64,000 nucleotides of DNA, taken from Candidatus Marinacidobacterium sp. (GTDB taxonomy: Bacteria > Acidobacteriota > Vicinamibacteria > Marinacidobacterales > Marinacidobacteraceae). Shown here one piece after another: positions 57,823 to 64,000 of this stretch. Under the pieces are notes generated by a model, which saw only the letters and a program-made list of their open reading frames with translations, was not told the DNA's origin and ran no database searches. The stretch covers positions 1,664,001 through 1,728,000 of the forward strand of contig OZ242011.1 of NCBI GenBank assembly GCA_965204755.1, in the 5' to 3' direction. The stretch's first letter is position 1, and each line of letters begins with the position of its first letter. The position numbers and the translations under genes are program-made.

Positions 57823-58555
57823 CGTTCCCTCCGTCGTCCCGGACGATCCGGCCGTCCCGGAGTTCGACGCTCCGGGACGCGTAGTCCGCCACCTGGCGGT
57901 CGTGGGTGATCATGACCACGGTGAGCCCCCGCTCGGCGTTCAGCCGGGCGAAGGTGTCCAGGATCTCCCCGCCGGTGGCGCTGTCCAGGTTTCCGGTCGG
58001 TTCGTCGGCGAGCAGCAGCCGGGGCCGGTTCGCCAGCGCCCGGGCGATGGCCACCCGCTGCTGCTGGCCGCCGGAGAGTTGGCTCGGGGCGTGGGTGGCC
58101 CGGTCCGAGAGCCGGACGGCGGCGAGCGCCTCTTCGCCCCGCTTCCGCCGCTCGCTCTTGCCGAGTCGTCGTCGTCCGTACATCAGCGGCAGTTCCACAT
58201 TCTCGAGGGCGGAAGCGCGCGCCAGCAGGTGGAAACTCTGGAAGACGAAGCCGATCTCCTCGTTGCGGATCCGGGCGCGCTCGTCGGAGGCGAGACTCGA
58301 CACGCGGCGCCCGCCGAGGAGGTATTCGCCGGAGGTGGGTTGGTCGAGGCAGCCGAGCACATGCATGAGCGTGCTCTTGCCCGACCCGGAGGGGCCGAGC
58401 ACCGAGAGGAAGTCGCCGGAGTCCACCCGCAGGCTGACGCCGCGCAGCGCTTCCACCCGGTGGTCCTCCGAGAGGACATAGGTCTTCACCAGGTCGCGCA
58501 CTTCGATGGCCGGAGCGCCGGCGGGGGGCCCGGCGGCGCCGTTCGCCGCCGTCAC
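57809..58555 (-). CDS. ABC transporter ATP-binding protein (MacB/LolD-like)
   Basis: GPSGSGKST, LSGGQQQRVAIARAL, LLADEPTGNLD; GTG start inferred. Confidence 0.92.
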   Translation of the reverse strand: MTAANGAAGPPAGAPAIEVRDLVKTYVLSEDHRVEALRGVSLRVDSGDFLSVLGPSGSGKSTLMHVLGCLDQPTSGEYLLGGRRVSSLASDERARIRNEEIGFVFQSFHLLARASALENVELPLMYGRRRLGKSERRKRGEEALAAVRLSDRATHAPSQLSGGQQQRVAIARALANRPRLLLADEPTGNLDSATGGEILDTFARLNAERGLTVVMITHDRQVADYASRSVELRDGRIVRDDGGNDAGA

Positions 58556-58613
58556 CCGGGCCCCCGAAGGTTCGGGCGTCAGTCGGAGTCTCCTCGCGGC
58601 AACGCGACGCTCC

Positions 58614-60296
58614 TTATTCGCCGCCGCCGGTCTCCGCCGGCGCGTCCTCCAGCAAACCCGCGTACGAGTAGAGGAAAGTGGCGACCGACTTTTCGGCGCC
58701 GGCCATGCCGTACACCTCGCCGGCGCCTTCGATGACCCAGAACTCGTTGGCGGCGTGCGCGCCGCCGCCGTGTCCCGCCGCTCCGCCGACGATCGGCATG
58801 GAGAGGTCGGTTCCGTCCGGCAGGTCGGCGTCGCGTCCGCTGAACAGGTACGCCGGCCAGTAGCCGCCGAGGATCGTTTCGTCCTCGATGGGTTCGCGGT
58901 AGCGGATGCCGAAGATGTCGTAGGTCTCCATGAGCGAGTGGGCGGCGCGGTTGTCGTAACTGCTCTTCGACCAGGGGACATCGCCGACGATGGTCATCTC
59001 CACATCTTCATACCCCTGCGCGTCCAGGTAGTCGCGGATCTTCTGCACCATCTCCAGTCCGTCCTGGTTCGGGACATACCTCATGTTGTGCTTGGAAGTG
59101 ATCCGGTTGGGCAGGATGGCGCCGGCGCCGCCGGGATACATGTTCCCGGCCCAGATGCCGTCCATGTTGAAGGAGATGCCGTAGCGGGCGCTCTTCAGGT
59201 ACTCGAGCGGGTCGTCGGTCATGAACCGCGCCACGCCGAGGTTCTCGGCGGCGATCGCCATGTCCAGGTTCTCCGCCGAACTCCGGAACATCTCCTCCTC
59301 GCCGGGAGTGAGCGCCGCCGCGCCGTCGTAGAAGCCGGGCACCAGCACCCGGTTGCCGTCGTCGGAGATGATCGTGGAGAGCATCTTGATGTGGCGCAGC
59401 GCCGGCGCGTCGGTGGACCGCTTGTGCGCGCCGTGGATGTTGGAGGCCACCGGGCCCCGCCCCCAACTCGCCCCGCTGGTGGTGAGTTCGATATAGACGC
59501 AGCCTTCGGAACCGCCGGAGATCCCGGCGGCGCCGCTGCGCGCCTGCCGGCCGAATCTATACATCGCTTCCGCGTCCCGGAAGAGGTCCGGGTTCTCGCG
59601 CACGAACTGGCGAAGGCCGATGGACATCCGCTCTTCGTCGCCTTCGGCCACGACGATCAGGTTCACCGGCATGGAGCCGGTGACTTCGTAGATGGACTGG
59701 AAGGCGTTCCACTGCACCATCTGCGGGCCCTTGGAGTTCGTCGCGCCGCGGCCGATCATCACTTTCTTGAACGGGCCGAACTCGGTGATCTCCCCGTCGA
59801 ACGGATCGAGCACCCAAGCCTCGCGCTGGGTGATCGGCATCGTGTCGTACATCCAGTAGATGAGGATGGTGCGCTCCGCGCCGTAGTCGCAGTTGGCGTA
59901 CACCACCGGGTTGCCCGGCTGCCCCCACTCGGTCATCGGGATGTCGTACACCTGCGACTGCTGGCAGCCGATCTCGTCGAAGAACCCCTTGACCATCTGC
60001 GCCGACTCCTGGATCCCCTCGCCGGAGTTGGAGATGCTCGGCTGCTGGATCCAGCGGCGGAGGTTCAGCACATGCTCGTCCACATTGTCGTCGATGTGCT
60101 GGAACACCTGCTGGAGTTCTTCGGGGATCCGGGACAGGTCCGGGGTGGACTCGGTGTCGCCGGCGGGCCGGATGCCGAGGGTCTCCCGGACGGAGGCGGT
60201 GTCCGGTTCCTCTTGGGGAGGGGCGCCGCAGGCGGCGAGCCCGAGGGAAGCCGCCGCGAAGAGCAGCAGGATGGGTCGGAACGAGCAGCGGGCCAT
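58614..60296 (-). CDS. M20/M25/M40 metallo-hydrolase lipoprotein
   Basis: GGAGG RBS; lipobox LAAC; YDTMP, GRGATNSKG, EGDEE, AHAANE. Confidence 0.85.
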   Translation of the reverse strand: MARCSFRPILLLFAAASLGLAACGAPPQEEPDTASVRETLGIRPAGDTESTPDLSRIPEELQQVFQHIDDNVDEHVLNLRRWIQQPSISNSGEGIQESAQMVKGFFDEIGCQQSQVYDIPMTEWGQPGNPVVYANCDYGAERTILIYWMYDTMPITQREAWVLDPFDGEITEFGPFKKVMIGRGATNSKGPQMVQWNAFQSIYEVTGSMPVNLIVVAEGDEERMSIGLRQFVRENPDLFRDAEAMYRFGRQARSGAAGISGGSEGCVYIELTTSGASWGRGPVASNIHGAHKRSTDAPALRHIKMLSTIISDDGNRVLVPGFYDGAAALTPGEEEMFRSSAENLDMAIAAENLGVARFMTDDPLEYLKSARYGISFNMDGIWAGNMYPGGAGAILPNRITSKHNMRYVPNQDGLEMVQKIRDYLDAQGYEDVEMTIVGDVPWSKSSYDNRAAHSLMETYDIFGIRYREPIEDETILGGYWPAYLFSGRDADLPDGTDLSMPIVGGAAGHGGGAHAANEFWVIEGAGEVYGMAGAEKSVATFLYSYAGLLEDAPAETGGGE

Positions 60297-60463
60297 GGAA
60301 ACGCCTCCGGTCTGGGGGTGGCGCCGGGGGGTCGGATGGTGGGTCGGCGCCGCCCCCCGGCGGGCGGCGCCGAATTCCGAAACATATGCGGATTTCCGGC
60401 GGCCTGTCAAAGATGGAGCGCGTCGAAGACGGAGCGGGCCGCGTCGGCGTCCGCCCCGGCCGG

Positions 60464-61468
60464 TCAGCGCCTCCCGGCTTGCCGCGCGGTGAGGCGGGCG
60501 AGCCGGACGATGTCCGCGGCGGCGGCGCCGCGGGACAGGTCGTTCGCCGGCGCCGCGAGCCCCAACAGGAGCGGCCCGGTGGCGGTCGCCCCGGCCAGCC
60601 GCTCCACCAACTTGTAGGCGAGGTTCGCGGCGGCGAGGTCGGGAAAGACGAGCACATTCGCCCGCCCGCCCACCGCGCTGTCCGGCGCCTTCCGGGCGGC
60701 CACTTCGGGAACGAGCGCCGCGTCCGCCTGCAACTCGCCGTCCGCGACCAGGTTCGGGCGGAGGCGGCGGACGAGTTCCGCGGCCTCCGCCATCTTCTTC
60801 GCCGCCGGGTGGTCGGCGCTGCCGCGGGTGGAGAACGAGAGGAAGGCGACGCGCGGCGCCGTCCCCAGAAGGTCCGGGGCGGCGTCGGCGGCCAGCGCCG
60901 CGGTCTCGGCGAGGTCGGCCGCCGCGGGCTCGGGCTGCACCGCGCCGTCGGTGAACAGCAGCGGCGGCCGCCGGGGCGGCCCGCCCTCGCCCGACTCCCC
61001 GGGGAACTCCAGCAGGAACGCGCCGGAGACCCGCCGGACTCCCGGCCGCAGCCCGATGGTGGAGAGCGCGGCCCGCACCACCTGCGCCGTGGTCGCCACC
61101 GCCCCGGCCACCGAGCCCGCCGCCTCCCCGGAAGCGACCAGCCAGTCGGCGAACACCAGCGGGTCGCGCGCCGCCTCCGCCGCCCTCGCGCCGGGATCGT
61201 CCCCTTCGCGCGAAGACCGGTCGCGCGAGAACCGGTCGCGTAGGAAGCGGACGCAACTCTCCAGGCGCTCCCCTTCGGGCCGCAGCGAGATGACTCCCGC
61301 CGCCGAGAGCCGGGGCCGCCGGGCCGCCGGCGGGTCGCCCACCAAGCACGGTGAAACCGCGCCCTCCCGCGCCAGTCGGAGCGCCGCCTCCAGGACCCGC
61401 GGGTCGCGGGACTCCGCGAACACGATCACCGGCGGCTCGCCGCCCGCGCTCTTCGGCTCCTCCGCCAA
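60464..61468 (-). CDS. pta: Phosphate acetyltransferase (PTA_PTB)
   Basis: [36 protein letters not shown]; TTG start approximate. Confidence 0.9.
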   Translation of the reverse strand: MAEEPKSAGGEPPVIVFAESRDPRVLEAALRLAREGAVSPCLVGDPPAARRPRLSAAGVISLRPEGERLESCVRFLRDRFSRDRSSREGDDPGARAAEAARDPLVFADWLVASGEAAGSVAGAVATTAQVVRAALSTIGLRPGVRRVSGAFLLEFPGESGEGGPPRRPPLLFTDGAVQPEPAAADLAETAALAADAAPDLLGTAPRVAFLSFSTRGSADHPAAKKMAEAAELVRRLRPNLVADGELQADAALVPEVAARKAPDSAVGGRANVLVFPDLAAANLAYKLVERLAGATATGPLLLGLAAPANDLSRGAAAADIVRLARLTARQAGRR

Positions 61469-61730
61469 CTCCTCGCTCCCGCGCAAGACCGGCTCGTCCG
61501 AATCGAAAGGCCTTCGCTCGAACGCTAGGATACCCGCGCTCGATCCACGCGTTCGACCTCCAGGCCGGCCTCCTCCGAAACGGACGGAAGAGCCGGAGAC
61601 GGAGCCGAACGCCGCACCGGCTTCGGGTTCGGAAACACACCAGACACGGTCGAGCGCCCCGGGGGGCGAGAGAGTCGCCCCGGTTCCGAAGGAGTCGGAC
61701 CCCCATCCCCGTAGAGGGAGGCAGAATGAC

Positions 61731-62066
61731 ATGAACATCACGGAACGCAGTGTGGGCGGGGTCACCGTCCTCGACCTCGAAGGCAAGATCGTCCTCGGCG
61801 AGGGCGACGAGGCGCTCGCGGAGAAGATCCGCGAAGTCGTGGCCCGCGGTGACCGGAAGGTCCTGCTGAACCTGGCCGGCGTGCCCTATGTGGACAGCGC
61901 CGGGCTCGGCGAGTTGGTGCGCTGCCACACGCGCCTCGTCCGCGCCGACGGCAACATCAAACTGCTCGGTCTCACCGAGCGGCTGCAGGATCTCCTGCAG
62001 ATCACCAAGTTGGTGACCGTGTTCCAAACCTTCGACTCGGAGAGCGAGGCGGTATCGAGTTTCTGA
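61731..62066 (+). CDS. STAS-domain anti-sigma factor antagonist
   Basis: GGAGG RBS; [21 protein letters not shown]. Confidence 0.92.
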   Translation: MNITERSVGGVTVLDLEGKIVLGEGDEALAEKIREVVARGDRKVLLNLAGVPYVDSAGLGELVRCHTRLVRADGNIKLLGLTERLQDLLQITKLVTVFQTFDSESEAVSSF

Positions 62067-62406
62067 GGCCTCCGCCGCCGGGAGTCGGGGACGGTTCGGC
62101 CCGCCCGCTCTCCTCCGGGAGAGCCGGGCGGGCGGATTGACGCCGCCCTTCCGGCGATTCCGGAGACCCTCGCCCCGAGTCCCGCTCGGGCGTCCGCCCG
62201 GCGGGGCTCCGCCGCTCTTCCCGATGCTCGAGTGCCGCCCCTCGTGACGATCCCCGCCGCCCGCCCGCGGCTCGACCGGGATTCGTCCGGGGAAGCCGCG
62301 CTCCGCGCGTTCGGCCGAAGCGGCCGCCGGGAGCGCCCGTTGCGCCCCGCCGCCGCTCCGCCGTCCCAACACCGCCCGCCCCCTGCGGCGGGATCCGAGG
62401 AATTCC

Positions 62407-63441
62407 ATGGCGAATACCGCCTCGGGCGCCTCCCGGGCGCCCCGACCGGCGCCGCAGCCCCCGAACGACAAGGGGGCCTCCGGCGCCGCTTCCCCCAGAG
62501 ACTCCGGCCGGCGCTCCGCCGCTCCGGGGAAGCCGGATGTCGACGCCATCATGGCCGGCATCCGGAAGACGCTCCGCGAGCGGGCTGACGAAGGAGGGCT
62601 CACCGAGCGCGAGTTCCAGGCCCGCCACTGGCAGCGGATGCTCCGTCCGCTGAAGGGCCTCGACGAGGACTTCGCCGACCGGTTCCGGTCGCGCGACCCT
62701 TCGAGATGGAATGTGGTCCTGAACGGGGCCGACTTCCACGGCGGCGCCTCCGGTTCCGCCCGCTTCTTCCGGCGGCTCCTGCGCCCGCTGGCGCGGCTGC
62801 TGGTGGACCTGTCGCCGGCCGCGCGCCAGGTCGCCCGGCAGGCGGAGATCAACGAGTACTACCGGCGCCTGCTCTGGGCCACGAACCGCGACCTCGAGCA
62901 GACCCGGCTGGAACTCGACCTCCTCAAGCGCGAACTCCGCCGGTTCGGCGTGCAGGCCGAGTTCTCGTTCAAGGCGCCGCCTGCCTCGGCGGACGAGGCC
63001 GGCGGTTCGTCGGCGCCCCGCGGCGGAGGGCGCGGCGAGGATCGAGGCGCCGGCGACCGCGGCCGCGGCGAGCGGGGCCGGGGTGACCGCGGCAGGGGTG
63101 ACCGCGGCAGGGGCGAGCGCGGGAAAGGCGAACGGGGCGGAGGCGACCGCGGCCGCGGGGAACGCGGTAAGGGCGAACGCGGCAAGGACGAACGCGGCAA
63201 GGGCGAACGCGGCAGGGGCGACCGCGGTAGGGGCGACCGCGGCCGCGGGGACCGCGGGAGGGACGACCGGGGCCGCGGCGAGCGCGGCGGCTCCGAGCCG
63301 CGCTCCTCCGGCGATGGCCGGCGGGGCTCCGGCGGCGGGTCGGGCCGCTCCTCCGGCGGCCGCCGGCGGGGCTCCGGTTCGGGATCCGGGCGCGGCGGCG
63401 GCCGCGACGACTCCGGCTCGGCCGGCGCCGCCGGCCGATGA
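62407..63441 (+). CDS. Hypothetical protein with coiled coil and long G(D/E)RG(R/K) low-complexity tail
   Basis: GAGG RBS; ATGA coupling to the next gene; about 16 pentapeptide repeats. Confidence 0.7.
   Translation: MANTASGASRAPRPAPQPPNDKGASGAASPRDSGRRSAAPGKPDVDAIMAGIRKTLRERADEGGLTEREFQARHWQRMLRPLKGLDEDFADRFRSRDPSRWNVVLNGADFHGGASGSARFFRRLLRPLARLLVDLSPAARQVARQAEINEYYRRLLWATNRDLEQTRLELDLLKRELRRFGVQAEFSFKAPPASADEAGGSSAPRGGGRGEDRGAGDRGRGERGRGDRGRGDRGRGERGKGERGGGDRGRGERGKGERGKDERGKGERGRGDRGRGDRGRGDRGRDDRGRGERGGSEPRSSGDGRRGSGGGSGRSSGGRRRGSGSGSGRGGGRDDSGSAGAAGR
63052..63291 (+). repeat. 15-bp degenerate coding tandem repeat, about 16 units
   Basis: Units encode GDRGR, GERGK, GERGR and variants. 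Confidence 0.85.
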
Positions 63442-64000
63442 GACTCGCGTTCGTCACGCCCCGCTTCGGGGCGGCGGCCGCCGCCCCGGCGGAGCGGCTC
63501 GCGCAGGAACTCGCCGACCGGGCGCCCGACTCCTGGGCGGTGAGCGTCTTCACGACCACCGCCGCCGGACCGGGCGGGAGCGACTTCCGCGAAGGAACGA
63601 CCCGGAGCGAACGGGCCACGATCCACCGGTTCCCGCCGGAGACCTCCGCCCCGTCGTCGGACGCCGCCGCCTCGGCGGCGGCGCCGGGGAGCGGCTTCGC
63701 CTCGCCGGCGCTGGTCACCCGGCTGGCGGAATGCTGCGCCGAGTTCGACCTGGTCGTCGTATTCGGCGCCGGCACGCGCCTCGCCGCCGAGGCGGCCGGC
63801 GTCTCTCCCGAACGCGCCGTGCTGCTCCCGTTCGCCGAGGGCCTGGCCGACGACGACCCGGCCGCCGCGGGGGCGTTCGAGCGGGCGGCGGCCTGCGTCT
63901 TCGGGAGCGAGGCCGAAGAAGTGGCGCTCCTCGACCGCCACGGCCTCCACCGGCGGATGCGGGAGACGGTGAGCGGGGCGCTCCTCCTCCGGCAGGCGGT
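63438..64000 (+). CDS. Glycosyltransferase family 4-like protein, N-terminal part (runs off window edge)
   Basis: Not in ORF track. Manual translation MRLAFVTPRFG...AERLAQELA...VSVFTTTA, a GT4-like N-terminus. Confidence 0.6.
   Translation, partial: MRLAFVTPRFGAAAAAPAERLAQELADRAPDSWAVSVFTTTAAGPGGSDFREGTTRSERATIHRFPPETSAPSSDAAASAAAPGSGFASPALVTRLAECCAEFDLVVVFGAGTRLAAEAAGVSPERAVLLPFAEGLADDDPAAAGAFERAAACVFGSEAEEVALLDRHGLHRRMRETVSGALLLRQA

Noticed and set aside
1-64000. Prophage, IS element, integron or rRNA genes
   Set aside because: No recognisable phage structural genes, transposase, integrase, attC-like array or rRNA sequence

Overview
Very GC-rich bacterial DNA, about 52 genes. The carboxypeptidase-regulatory-type TonB receptor, VPS10/BNR hydrolase and PQQ quinoprotein suggest Acidobacteriota, possibly host-associated (inference only). 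Housekeeping and metabolic genes: phoD fragment, S9 and M20 peptidases, NRAMP, two phytoene-dehydrogenase-like flavoproteins, a PQQ dehydrogenase/cytochrome c/YVTN operon, GcvT-like plus Rieske oxygenase, APC permease, tadA, tRNA-Ser(CGA), SNF2 helicase, argGH, cutA, a MacB-type ABC transporter, pta and a STAS protein. These are interleaved with conflict-type genes: ABC-ATPase plus PIN, DUF262, VapB, ImmA/IrrE, Fic, GmrSD, five stand-alone P-loop ATPases and three pRiA4b ORF-3 genes. Most unusual features: (1) four copies of a symmetric 41-bp nested palindrome directly upstream of an AAA ATPase gene (40.1-40.7 kb), not a CRISPR; (2) an amplified, decaying pRiA4b ORF-3/AAA ATPase cluster (52-56 kb); (3) a CxxC plus RAPP (DUF2946-like) leader peptide followed by an SD-sequestering hairpin and a Cys-rich ORF (43.7-44.5 kb); (4) a secreted EEP-family ORF whose only canonical start codons lie in or before tRNA-Ser; (5) an island where antitoxin/sensor halves persist but toxic partners are missing. 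All family calls come from motif recognition by eye; no searches were run.
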